Position numbers and translations under genes: made by a program. A DNA stretch of 64,000 nt from Candidatus Enterousia sp. (lineage in GTDB: Bacteria; Pseudomonadota; Alphaproteobacteria; Rs-D84), in contig JAZTWT010000019.1 in assembly GCA_045636045.1 (NCBI GenBank), positions 15,355-79,354 on the forward strand. Direction: 5' to 3'. Each line of letters begins with the position of its first letter. The stretch's first letter is position 1. The notes under the pieces are model-generated. The model had not been told where the DNA came from and ran no database searches. It saw only the letters and a program-made list of their open reading frames with translations. Shown piece after piece: positions 24,687-34,284 of this stretch.

Positions 24687-25250
24687 TGCGCGTTCAACGT
24701 ACTCCAGTGTTTCTGTATTCACAACAATCTTTTCACCCTGTTCAATAAATACAGGAACCTGAACACGAACACCGTTATCCAGAATCGCTGGCTTACCACC
24801 ACTACCAGAAACCGTCTGCCCCTTCAGCGCTGGCTCTGTTTCCTTAACAGTCGCAATAACTGTCTTAGGCAAAGAAATTGATACAGGTTGGCCTTCTACA
24901 AAGTTTGCCTTAACAATCATTTCTGGCGCCAAAAATTTCATTGCGTCACCCATTGTTTCAACAGGCATTGTAAACTGTTCATAATCTGACAAATTCATAA
25001 AGAAAGCATCTGTTCCATCAGCATACAAATACTGACAATCAAAATCTTCGACCATCAATTTTTCAACTTTGTCTTCTGCGCGCCAACGGTCACCACCTTT
25101 GTTTCCAGAATCAATATCTCGCAAATCTGCTTGAACAAATGCGCCACCCTTACCTGGTTTTACCTTGGTAATAGATGTCACAGAATAACGTTTACCATTG
25201 TGTGAAATAACCCAACCCACACGCATATCATTTGCAATATAAGATGCCAT
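24681..25250 (-). CDS. efp: Elongation factor P
   Basis: 189 aa. The KPGKGGAFVQ loop and overall EF-P pattern are present. Confidence 0.95.
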   Translation of the reverse strand: MASYIANDMRVGWVISHNGKRYSVTSITKVKPGKGGAFVQADLRDIDSGNKGGDRWRAEDKVEKLMVEDFDCQYLYADGTDAFFMNLSDYEQFTMPVETMGDAMKFLAPEMIVKANFVEGQPVSISLPKTVIATVKETEPALKGQTVSGSGGKPAILDNGVRVQVPVFIEQGEKIVVNTETLEYVERAK

Positions 25251-25291
25251 TTTATACCCTTTTGTTTTTTATTATTTAACTGTCGCGAACA

Positions 25292-25834
25292 TTATTGCAT
25301 TCCACGCTTATGCGCCCAATAACGGTCAATACTATCCATAATTAACTTATCAGCAGTTTCACGATCTGCCCACCCCAAAATCTTAGACCACGCATTTGGT
25401 TGCAAATCTTTATAATGCTGAAAGAAATATTCAATTTTAGAACGCAGAATTGCTGGCAACTGCTCAACAAATTCTGTATTTGTATAATAAGGATCAATTT
25501 TATCCAGTGGCACACAAATAATCTTTTCATCACCGCCGGCCTGATCTTCCATCAATAAAACCCCGATTGGTCGTACCTCAATCAAAACACCGGGACGCAG
25601 TGGCGCATTACAAACAACAACACAATCCAACGGGTCACCATCATCACCCAATGTACCTGGAAAATATCCATAGTTCGCAGGATATGCCATTGGGGCATGC
25701 AAAATTCGATCCACCTTTAACAGACCCGTTTCTTTATTAATTTCATACTTAACATATCCGTTTTCTGGCACTTCAATAATCGCATTCATACGTTTCGGTG
25801 GCAGTTTACCCGGTGAAATTTCTTCTAATGTCAT
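25292..25834 (-). CDS. ppa: Inorganic pyrophosphatase (family I)
   Basis: IEVPENGYVKYE, DGDPLDCVV and DEKIICVP motifs. Confidence 0.9.
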   Translation of the reverse strand: MTLEEISPGKLPPKRMNAIIEVPENGYVKYEINKETGLLKVDRILHAPMAYPANYGYFPGTLGDDGDPLDCVVVCNAPLRPGVLIEVRPIGVLLMEDQAGGDEKIICVPLDKIDPYYTNTEFVEQLPAILRSKIEYFFQHYKDLQPNAWSKILGWADRETADKLIMDSIDRYWAHKRGMQ

Positions 25835-25905
25835 TTATAATCCTCTTAATATGTTGACAAAATAATATCATATAAAATTCAATTTGCAATTATTATCGGA
25901 AAAAA

Positions 25906-25936
25906 TTAAAAATCCCGTCAATTGACGGGACAAAAA
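25906..25936 (-). terminator. dnaN terminator
   Basis: TCCCGTCAATTGACGGGA palindrome flanked by A and T runs. Confidence 0.6.
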
Positions 25937-26028
25937 ATAACGATAATAACACAGCTAAACAAACAACAGGAAGGTTCATAGTACACATACCCCCAAAATT
26001 CGCTATGGATATTACATTAGATTCAATT

Positions 26029-27147
26029 TTACATTCTCATCGGCATTAATACATATAACGCATCTGTATCTTTATCAACCGAATTAATCTTGGTCGGCGC
26101 CAATGGATCCTGCATCTCCATTTGGAACTTTTCACCTTCTACCTGGCCAGCAACATCCAACAAGAACTTCACATTAAACACAACAGTAAACGAACTGTCA
26201 CCATTATATTCAATATCTAATTCCTGGGTCGCAGTACCAGCATCTGGGCTGGATGCATTAATAACCAATTTATTCATACTGAATGTCAACTGAACAGATT
26301 TAGTTTTATCAACACTTGCAACTGAAACCAAGTCAACCGCATTAATAAACTGCTTTCTGTCCAAGATTGCAATCTTGTCATTCCCTTTTGGAATAACAAC
26401 ACGATAGTTTGGATATTGCGCATCAACCAATTTACTGGTCAATATCGCACTGCCCACTGTAAAGCGCGCCTTGGTATCAGACAATTCAACCATAACATCA
26501 TCAACATTGGCATCTTCTAACAACTTTGACAATTCACCAATTACGCGACGTGGCAGAATAACCGCTGGCATTTCCGCACTGCCCACCGGCGCCGGCATTG
26601 CACACAGTGCCATACGCTGCGCATCGGTTGCAACCGCAGTCAATTTCTTCGCATCACCTTCATCTGCGATATGGAAATAAATTCCCCCCAAATGATAACG
26701 CACATCATCTGTTGGAATTGCAAATTTTGTCTGATTAATCAGATGGGCCAAATCCCCGGTTGTCATCTGAAACTTGGTCGTCAAATTACTGCCTGCCATT
26801 GCTGGAAAATTTTCTGCCGGCAACGTTGGCAAACGGAACACTGCGCGCCCACTGGATACAACCAACTGATCCCCAGATTGTTTAAAAGAAATTTCCGCAT
26901 CATCTGGCAATTTGCGCACGATATCATACAGCATCTGAACCGGCACAGTAATTTTACCACCCAATGTTATATCGGCTGCGACATGTTCAACCAATTCCAA
27001 ATCAACATTTGTTGCAGACAAAACCAAATCATCTGCTGCTTCAATCTTAACATTCATCAAAATAGGCAATGTCGCACGCTTCTCTACAATCGATTGCATA
27101 TGCCCCAGCGCACGTATCAAGACCTGACGAAACACTGAAAATTCCAT
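26029..27147 (-). CDS. dnaN: DNA polymerase III beta sliding clamp
   Basis: 372 aa with three-domain clamp pattern. Ends ...YVLMPMRM. Confidence 0.9.
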   Translation of the reverse strand: MEFSVFRQVLIRALGHMQSIVEKRATLPILMNVKIEAADDLVLSATNVDLELVEHVAADITLGGKITVPVQMLYDIVRKLPDDAEISFKQSGDQLVVSSGRAVFRLPTLPAENFPAMAGSNLTTKFQMTTGDLAHLINQTKFAIPTDDVRYHLGGIYFHIADEGDAKKLTAVATDAQRMALCAMPAPVGSAEMPAVILPRRVIGELSKLLEDANVDDVMVELSDTKARFTVGSAILTSKLVDAQYPNYRVVIPKGNDKIAILDRKQFINAVDLVSVASVDKTKSVQLTFSMNKLVINASSPDAGTATQELDIEYNGDSSFTVVFNVKFLLDVAGQVEGEKFQMEMQDPLAPTKINSVDKDTDALYVLMPMRM

Positions 27148-27201
27148 AATACTACTCCTGTTTCCTTATATTATATGTGTATTCCACACTCTTTTATCTC
27201 A

Positions 27202-27231
27202 ACCATACCAAAAAACCCCGATTCGGTGCAA
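27202..27231 (-). promoter_or_regulatory. Putative dnaN promoter
   Basis: The reverse strand reads TTGCAC-18 nt-TATGGT. The spacer begins CGAATCGGGG. Confidence 0.35.
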
Positions 27232-27244
27232 GGGCAAAAGAAAA

Positions 27245-27293
27245 CAAAAAAATCCGTTGGATGCATATGTTTAAATATACTCAACCAACGGAT
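27245..27293 (-). terminator. cdaA-operon terminator (large loop)
   Basis: ATCCGTTGG ...24 nt... CCAACGGAT, with a U-run on the minus-strand side. Confidence 0.45.
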
Positions 27294-27319
27294 TCACATA
27301 CGAATAAAACACTAGCTTC

Positions 27320-28078
27320 CTAGCGTCCCAAAATCTTTTCTAATTTTGTACGTAACTTCTTAACATCATCATATTTGGTAAACCTACCTTTCTCGGCGAT
27401 TGAAATATCCCCACTTTCTTCGGACACAATTAACACTGTTGCTGCAGATACCTCGCTAAGCCCCAGTGCAGCACGATGACGTGTTCCATATTTCCAATTT
27501 AAATTATTCTGCGACAATGGCAAAATTGCCCCTGCATACGCAACACGTCCATTTTCAATTATAACCGCCCCATCATGCAATGGTGTTTTATTAAAAAATA
27601 ATGTTAACAACAATTCACTGCTTATCTCAGCATCAATGGCAACACCTTTTTTTTCAATCGCACTTTCATCTAACGACCCAGAAAAAACAATCAGCGCCCC
27701 AGTATGCTTTTGCGACATATATTCAACCGCAGACACAATTGCATCCAACCCATCTGTTTTTTTTACCCTGACACCACCACGTTTAAATACACGCCTCCAC
27801 TGTCCAACATTCCCCATCAAGGCCACAAATTTTCGCAATTCCGGCTGAAAAACAACAATCAAACTTAACGACAAGAACAATGCCACCCAATGCAAAAAAG
27901 TTGACAACAAATCCAAACGCGCCCAACTTAACACAAACGACAACACCCACAACGCCGCCAACCCCAGCAACCCACGCACCAATTTTTCAGATTGCGTATT
28001 CTGAATAAAACTGCGATAGAATAACCACATCGCCCCACCAATAATCAAAACCTGCGCTAAATCAATCCACCATTGCAT
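27320..28078 (-). CDS. cdaA: Membrane-anchored diadenylate cyclase (CdaA/DacA type)
   Basis: Three N-terminal TM helices, then a DAC domain with the canonical LHDGAVII (DGA) and GTRHRAALG (RHR) motifs. Confidence 0.8.
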   Translation of the reverse strand: MQWWIDLAQVLIIGGAMWLFYRSFIQNTQSEKLVRGLLGLAALWVLSFVLSWARLDLLSTFLHWVALFLSLSLIVVFQPELRKFVALMGNVGQWRRVFKRGGVRVKKTDGLDAIVSAVEYMSQKHTGALIVFSGSLDESAIEKKGVAIDAEISSELLLTLFFNKTPLHDGAVIIENGRVAYAGAILPLSQNNLNWKYGTRHRAALGLSEVSAATVLIVSEESGDISIAEKGRFTKYDDVKKLRTKLEKILGR

Positions 28079-28090
28079 TTTCTTCTCTCC

Positions 28091-30157
28091 CTAATTATTA
28101 AAAACAATATTCATCAATTCAGATATCGGCTGTGACAGCCATTCTGGATCATCACGTCTATCTGGCGCCCCACTTTCCAATGCTGTTTCACATGGATTAC
28201 TGTCCGCCAACCAATTTTCCAGCAAATCTCCTGCGACCAATCCTAATCCCGCACCTGCAACCAAACTAATACCACCCGTAAAAGGCGCCAACAACAATCC
28301 CAATCCGGTTGCAGACGCAACCTTGCCCGCCATTGCCGCACCACTGATTTTTATATCTGGCTGTGCCAAACTGCCCGACAAAGACACGGAATTAACAACA
28401 TTCCCTGTCAAAGACAATTTCAATCCACGCACCGGTACCGTTGTCAAAGACAACTTCATATCTTCATCACCCAAATTCAACGAACCAGCCAATCGCATAT
28501 TAATCGCATTTGTTTCAATCGCGAAACCATTCTGTGTTTCAAATGCACCATCACGCAACTTAACATTCAACGCAACACAGGAAATCTTAATCTGATCATG
28601 TTTTTTCTGTGATGAAAACAAATCCTGGATACTATGACGTAGCGATGTCAAGAAATCCGTTCCATACATATACGCAACCAATGCAGAATGTGCATACCCA
28701 CTGCCCGAAGAATACACACGAACAGGCCCTGTAATGGTTTGCATAATTTCAGACAAATTTTTGCCGTTTGCTTGAACATAAAATTCCAGATCCATCGGCA
28801 ATTCCGATATCAAATCCCTTTTGTTAATTTCATCCAAAATTTCACCAACATATATTTTTTCACCATACGCTGCAGACTGCAACCATACATGACCATTATC
28901 TTCTATATTTGCATCTATCCCAACCTTCACATTTCCATCTGCGAAACCTGTATCAATGTCAATTCGCACATAATTATTGTTAGCACCAATTTTCAAATTT
29001 AATTTTGATAGATTCAAATCACGATACATTATAAAATCGTCAATTTTTATATTTAAATCAACCTGCCTGTCAATTAATTCATCTGCGAACAATGGAATAT
29101 CTTTAAAAACATTCAAATCCCTGTTTTTACGAACACGAATACCACCATACAACCCTGGGAATAATTGCGATAAATCCAAACGTGGTGAATAAACATTCAA
29201 ATTAGATAACAAATTTTTCTTACCCCAATCCAAATCGCCAGACACAACAAATTTAGTTCCACGCACAACAATTTCTGATTTTCGCAATGTAATCTTCTTT
29301 CTATCCATACCACCTACGACATTCAAACTAAACGGTGGCACATCCGATAACCCCAGATTGAACAAGCGCCCAAATTTTTCCGCATCTAAAACCTCGCCCC
29401 TGACAATAAAGTCTATTGGCATCTTGCTTTTTCCTTCCAGCGCAACATTTGCAATCAACGCATCACCACCTGTAGATATTGCGATTCGCACAGGGTAAAT
29501 TTTACGCACCGTATTATATTCAGACAGCGACACAATAAACGGCAACACATCATCACCCGATTTCACCCAGCCCGAGTACTCACGCCCAACAGAAGTTGGC
29601 ATCAATCGAATATTAAACCCTGCAACGGAATAAGAATCGCCCAAAAAATTCAACCGCAAATTTTTAACCTGAATCGCGCCCAACCCTGCCTCTCGAAACG
29701 GATATTTTTCTGGCGCCTGAACACTATCATCAGATGGCAAAACCGGCTTTACCAATCGCTGCAACGAATACATACCTTCGCTGTTTTTTTCAATATTTAT
29801 ATCTGCATCATACACACGAACATTTTGAATTGTTGGGCGGTCACGAAACAGTGACACCAAATTCAATCGGACATCTATTCTTTCTGCGCTGAATGCATAT
29901 TTAGCCTTGGCCCACTGTGCATTTGGAATACGAACCTGATTTAATTCCACACGCGGTCGCAAAGAAAACTTCCATGAAACCGCACCATCAATTTCAACCG
30001 GCATACCCGTTGCATCACGCAACACCGCAACCAAATTTCCACGCAACGTTTCCAGATTAACGCGACTTAACGCTACCACAACCGCAACAACCAGTCCGAC
30101 AAAAAACAGACCGATAATTCGCAATATTGGTAAAAAAGCGCTTCTTCTAACTCTCAT
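28091..30157 (-). CDS. asmA: AsmA-family outer-membrane assembly protein
   Basis: 688 aa. N-terminal TM anchor and a long beta-rich periplasmic region. The C-terminal ...GSLAQPDIKISGAA... segment is typical of the AsmA C-terminal region. Confidence 0.6.
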   Translation of the reverse strand: MRVRRSAFLPILRIIGLFFVGLVVAVVVALSRVNLETLRGNLVAVLRDATGMPVEIDGAVSWKFSLRPRVELNQVRIPNAQWAKAKYAFSAERIDVRLNLVSLFRDRPTIQNVRVYDADINIEKNSEGMYSLQRLVKPVLPSDDSVQAPEKYPFREAGLGAIQVKNLRLNFLGDSYSVAGFNIRLMPTSVGREYSGWVKSGDDVLPFIVSLSEYNTVRKIYPVRIAISTGGDALIANVALEGKSKMPIDFIVRGEVLDAEKFGRLFNLGLSDVPPFSLNVVGGMDRKKITLRKSEIVVRGTKFVVSGDLDWGKKNLLSNLNVYSPRLDLSQLFPGLYGGIRVRKNRDLNVFKDIPLFADELIDRQVDLNIKIDDFIMYRDLNLSKLNLKIGANNNYVRIDIDTGFADGNVKVGIDANIEDNGHVWLQSAAYGEKIYVGEILDEINKRDLISELPMDLEFYVQANGKNLSEIMQTITGPVRVYSSGSGYAHSALVAYMYGTDFLTSLRHSIQDLFSSQKKHDQIKISCVALNVKLRDGAFETQNGFAIETNAINMRLAGSLNLGDEDMKLSLTTVPVRGLKLSLTGNVVNSVSLSGSLAQPDIKISGAAMAGKVASATGLGLLLAPFTGGISLVAGAGLGLVAGDLLENWLADSNPCETALESGAPDRRDDPEWLSQPISELMNIVFNN

Positions 30158-31131
30158 TATGGCAATTTAAATTCTAAAAATTTCATCAACGGCACCATAA
30201 AATCTGGCACACTGGCACGTAATGTTAACATGCGACCTGTTGACGGATGTTGGAATGTTAACTTATACGCAAATAAAAACAAGTTATTTGTTTCCAACAT
30301 AGAAGCCAACGCCCCATCTAAATTTTTCTTTGCACCACCATATAACACATCACCAACAATCGGTGCATTCAAAGATATTGCACTATGCAATCTCAACTGA
30401 TGTGTACGCCCGGTTTTTGGCAAAAAACGCACCCAAGAAACACACCCTGCCGCACATGTTAATACAGAATATTCTGTAATCGCACGCTGGGGACGCGGTC
30501 CTGTTCCGTTGTTTAAACGCGTTGGGCTATCGAACACCTGCCCCTTTAACATATAATTATCTATAACACCATTTTTCGGACTAACATCACCAGACAACAG
30601 CGCCAAATATTCCTTGTGCGCTGTCTTAGTTTGAAACTGCATTGACAAACTTTGTGCTGCTTTTTGATTTTTTGCAACAACCAATATTCCACTGGTCTCT
30701 CTATCTAAACGATGCACCAAAGAAATTTTATCATATGGAAATAATGCAGCCGCCATTTTATCAACAGATTTACGAATTCCTGTTCCGCCCTGCACCGCCA
30801 AACCTGCCGGTTTATTAAAAACAACCACGTCTGCATCATTATGAATTATACACTTACGCAGTCCTTCTAAATCTTCCAGTGTAAAAAATTCACCACTTTC
30901 TGTTTTCTTTGGTCGCGCCTCTGCATAACCAGCAACAGTCGGGGGAATACGCACCGCATCCCCCGCACTTAAGACCTCTGTTCCACGCACACGTTTTGAA
31001 TTCACGCGTATCTGTCCACCACGACACAAACGATAAAATTCACGCTGCGGCATTGATGGAAAATGTCGCAAAAACCACCGCAACAGGCGTGTTCCTTCTT
31101 CTACTTTTGAAACTTCAACAAAATCTGCCAT
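30157..31131 (-). CDS. rluC: RluA-family 23S rRNA pseudouridine synthase (RluC/RluD-like) with S4 domain
   Basis: N-terminal S4-like region, catalytic HRLDRETSGILVVAKN motif, and HQLRLH. Its stop overlaps the asmA start by 1 nt. Confidence 0.75.
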   Translation of the reverse strand: MADFVEVSKVEEGTRLLRWFLRHFPSMPQREFYRLCRGGQIRVNSKRVRGTEVLSAGDAVRIPPTVAGYAEARPKKTESGEFFTLEDLEGLRKCIIHNDADVVVFNKPAGLAVQGGTGIRKSVDKMAAALFPYDKISLVHRLDRETSGILVVAKNQKAAQSLSMQFQTKTAHKEYLALLSGDVSPKNGVIDNYMLKGQVFDSPTRLNNGTGPRPQRAITEYSVLTCAAGCVSWVRFLPKTGRTHQLRLHSAISLNAPIVGDVLYGGAKKNLDGALASMLETNNLFLFAYKLTFQHPSTGRMLTLRASVPDFMVPLMKFLEFKLP

Positions 31132-31159
31132 ACTTCAACCTCAACTGGCACAAAAAAAA

Positions 31160-31624
31160 TCATTCACCATAAACAATCTGAACAGAATTATTTGCCCCTG
31201 CTGATTTACAATCACCGGTTGCACCACCCTGTTTACCGTTTGACAACTGATACCCAACCGAATCAGACCACGCCTTGGCCAATAACGATTCGCACTCAGA
31301 CTGCGCCAACCCATCAATACCAACAATAAACTGACGCGGATTAGACGGATCAACCGACAAAGTATATTTACCTCCATATGGATTCTGATTACTCATGCCA
31401 ATCGCACCAAATATGGTTGTTCCATTCATATTTGAAAAATCATCATATTCACCATGAATATTACGAACCATGGTCACCATCTGAACCACCTGGTCATTAA
31501 TAGTTGTTAATTTCTGGGTTCGCATCGCAGTTGAAATCATACCTATTGCCCCAACTGTAATCACCCCCATAATTGCCAGCACCCCCAGCATTTCAATCAT
31601 TGAACGACCTGATTCCTGATTCAT
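31160..31624 (-). CDS. Type IV pilin-like / pseudopilin protein
   Basis: Class III signal MNQESG/RSMIEMLGVLAIMGVITVGAI with Glu at +5. About 150 aa, with a C-terminal Cys pair (SECES...GDCKS). Confidence 0.75.
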   Translation of the reverse strand: MNQESGRSMIEMLGVLAIMGVITVGAIGMISTAMRTQKLTTINDQVVQMVTMVRNIHGEYDDFSNMNGTTIFGAIGMSNQNPYGGKYTLSVDPSNPRQFIVGIDGLAQSECESLLAKAWSDSVGYQLSNGKQGGATGDCKSAGANNSVQIVYGE

Positions 31625-31675
31625 TGAAAAACCTCTTATTTGCTATTTACTAATTATTATTCTATCATAAAGATT

Positions 31676-33103
31676 ATGAATATTCAATTTTCTGATTTAA
31701 TTGAAAACGCACCACACGCACCTGGCGTGTACCGCATGTATGACAGCGACGGAAACCTGCTCTATGTGGGCAAGGCAAAAAACCTGTCCAATCGCCTTCG
31801 TCAATATATGGACATAGAAAAACTAGAATTACACAAACAGGTTATGCGTACACTGGTTTCACGGGTTGAATGGGAAACAGTTGCTACAGAATCAGATGCC
31901 CTTATTCGCGAACAAGAACTGATTAAATCTGAAAAACCAAAATACAACATCATGCTGACAGACGGAAAAATGTATCCAATGCTGGCTTTAACATCTGGCG
32001 ACTTTCCGCGCCTATTAAAATTCCGCGGTCGTATCAACCAACGACGTGATGTATATGGTCCATACCCGTCTGTATCCAGTTTAAACGAAACAATCAAAAC
32101 AATACAAAAAGTATGTCAAATTCGCACCTGCACAGACATACAAATGCACAACCGAACACGCCCCTGTCTGTTGTATCAAATTGGTCGATGCAGCGCACCA
32201 TGCTGCAATCCAGACAAACAAAAATACGCAGATTCAGTGCGTACAGCGCGAAAAATACTAACTGGCGACAGCGGCCCTATAATATCTGATCTAACCAAAC
32301 AAATGCAAACACTTGCAAAAAACATGGACTATGAATCAGCCGCAATAATTCGCGATAAAATTTCGGCACTAACACACACATCAAACCGCGGAAACGCACA
32401 AAAACATGCGTACACACCGAATCTAAACTGGGACAAAAATGTTTCAGAACTGGAAAAATGGCTGGGGATAAAAATTAATCTGGCTGGTGTTTTTGATAAC
32501 TCACACTTATTTGGAAAACAACCCGTTGGTGCAATGATAACCTTTGGACACAACGGCTTTGAAAAATCCGGATACAGACACTTTAAATTACAGGATAAAT
32601 CACGCGCCGGCAACGACATTGCAATGATGTCAGAATTTGTAAAACGCGCATGCGAACGCGGACCAAAACTGGATTTAATAATCGTTGACGGTGGTATTGC
32701 ACAATGGCGCATTGCAAAACGCGCCGCCCCCAACACACCAATATTCGGTGTCACCAAGGGCGAAGTTCGTGATGGCGACGAACACTTTATCCTGCCCGAC
32801 GGCAATATCTATCACGACCTACCAAAAGACTCGCCTTTATTCCTAATGTTGCGCACTGTACGTGACGAAGCCCACCGTTTCGTCATAACATACCATCGCA
32901 CACTGCGTGCAAAACAAATGACTGCCTCTGTTTTAGACGAAATCGACGGCATTGGTCCCGCGCGCAAACGCGCGCTGCTGCAACACTTTGGCACGCCACG
33001 TGCAATCATCGACGCAGACCTGAATGCACTAAAACACGTACCTGGCCTTGGGGATAATATCGCAGAAAAAATTTATGCCCATTTTCATACAGAAGTGATA
33101 TAA
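31676..33103 (+). CDS. uvrC: Excinuclease ABC subunit C (compact, 475 aa)
   Basis: ORF 31640-33103; start moved to ATG 31676. GIY-YIG motif (GVYRMYD...LLYVGKAKNL), Cys cluster, UVR motif (DYESAAIIRDKISAL), and C-terminal (HhH)2 (GIGPARKRALLQHFG...VPGLG). Confidence 0.85.
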   Translation: MNIQFSDLIENAPHAPGVYRMYDSDGNLLYVGKAKNLSNRLRQYMDIEKLELHKQVMRTLVSRVEWETVATESDALIREQELIKSEKPKYNIMLTDGKMYPMLALTSGDFPRLLKFRGRINQRRDVYGPYPSVSSLNETIKTIQKVCQIRTCTDIQMHNRTRPCLLYQIGRCSAPCCNPDKQKYADSVRTARKILTGDSGPIISDLTKQMQTLAKNMDYESAAIIRDKISALTHTSNRGNAQKHAYTPNLNWDKNVSELEKWLGIKINLAGVFDNSHLFGKQPVGAMITFGHNGFEKSGYRHFKLQDKSRAGNDIAMMSEFVKRACERGPKLDLIIVDGGIAQWRIAKRAAPNTPIFGVTKGEVRDGDEHFILPDGNIYHDLPKDSPLFLMLRTVRDEAHRFVITYHRTLRAKQMTASVLDEIDGIGPARKRALLQHFGTPRAIIDADLNALKHVPGLGDNIAEKIYAHFHTEVI

Positions 33104-33145
33104 TTAAACCAATTCATATATAATCATAATAAAAAGGAGACACAT

Positions 33146-33745
33146 ATGAAGTTCTTTGTAAATTTCTTATCCGCATTCAGGATCGCTGCATCATTTGCAA
33201 TAATTCCAACACTGATGTTCCAAATGTATTGGACAACATTTATATTATATGCACTGGCCGCTATATCCGACTGGTTTGATGGATATCTGGCACGCAAATA
33301 CAATGTATGCACAAAAATTGGTGGCGTAATGGATCACATTGGTGACAAATTACTGGTTGTGAATACATTAATTATGCTAACCATTATGATGCCTGTATGG
33401 TTTGTCATCGTGCCCGTAATCATCATGATTGCACGCGAACTGTACATATCCGGCCTGCGCGAATTCCTGGGCACACAGAAAATCGAAATGCCTGTACCTA
33501 AGGCACGCTTTTCCGTAGGCAAAATCAAAACAACATTTCAGATGATTTCCATCGGCGCATTTTTATTAATCTTTGCAATCGGCACATTAATCAAACCAGA
33601 CACAGACAGTCGCATATTAATGTACATGGTATATGCCCTGCCACAAATTGGCATTTACGGATTGTGGATTTCATTGATTGCATCTGTATGGTCTGCAACC
33701 CAATACACAAAAACATTCCTGGGCCACATGAAAAAAATAAAATAA
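33146..33745 (+). CDS. pgsA: CDP-diacylglycerol--glycerol-3-phosphate 3-phosphatidyltransferase
   Basis: CDP-alcohol phosphatidyltransferase motif DWFDGYLARK...GGVMDHIGDKLL. Multi-TM protein. Confidence 0.85.
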   Translation: MKFFVNFLSAFRIAASFAIIPTLMFQMYWTTFILYALAAISDWFDGYLARKYNVCTKIGGVMDHIGDKLLVVNTLIMLTIMMPVWFVIVPVIIMIARELYISGLREFLGTQKIEMPVPKARFSVGKIKTTFQMISIGAFLLIFAIGTLIKPDTDSRILMYMVYALPQIGIYGLWISLIASVWSATQYTKTFLGHMKKIK

Positions 33746-33763
33746 AAAATATGCCATACATAT

Positions 33764-33789
33764 AAAAACCGCCATTTGGCGGTTTTTTT
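33764..33789. terminator. Bidirectional terminator (pgsA / 33791-34165)
   Basis: AAAAACCGCC-ATTT-GGCGGTTTTTTT. Confidence 0.75.
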
Positions 33790-33790
33790 C

Positions 33791-34165
33791 TTATTTCTGT
33801 TTCATAAAATTATCTAATCTACATTTTCTTTCCAACAGTTGAACAACCTTGCAATCTGCATCAATAACAACGACATCACTATCTTGCACAGTTGTAACAT
33901 TATCTCTCATGCCACGAACCATCTGCCTTGTTCCATGACGATTTGTAAAAACTACATCATAGGCATTTGATGACACTGATGGCCATGCACCTAAAACATA
34001 CAATGTATCACGCCACGCACTATCATCTTGTTTAACTGATTTTGTTTTTTTTACCTGTCCCGCTTCATCATCTTTTTTTGAAGCAAAACCAGACGCGCCA
34101 GTTAAAGCCAACATAAAACACAGACCAAGCACAAAAGAATTCAATCTGTTATTATTTTTTTTCAT
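33791..34165 (-). CDS. Hypothetical secreted protein
   Basis: N-terminal signal (MKKNNNRLNSFVLGLCFMLALTGASG). No recognised motifs. Confidence 0.5.
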   Translation of the reverse strand: MKKNNNRLNSFVLGLCFMLALTGASGFASKKDDEAGQVKKTKSVKQDDSAWRDTLYVLGAWPSVSSNAYDVVFTNRHGTRQMVRGMRDNVTTVQDSDVVVIDADCKVVQLLERKCRLDNFMKQK

Positions 34166-34234
34166 ATTTCATATCCTTTTATTTTTTCACAAAAAAAAGC
34201 TAAGATATCATATATAAAATAAAATTCAATGCAA

Positions 34235-34262
34235 CAAAAAATCGCCACATATGTGACGATTC
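34235..34262 (-). terminator. dnaJ terminator
   Basis: The minus strand reads AATCGTCACAT-ATGTGGCGATTTTTTG. It is perfectly paired only on the minus-strand RNA (G-U pair). Confidence 0.65.
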
Positions 34263-34284
34263 CTATACAATCACCCCTCCAGAA

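Noticed and set aside
27148-27319. Possible replication origin upstream of dnaN.
   Set aside because: I found no dnaA gene and no cluster of TTATCCACA-like boxes, only one poor match near 27181-27189. There is no AT-rich unwinding repeat set either. The region is adequately explained by a promoter plus the upstream operon terminator.
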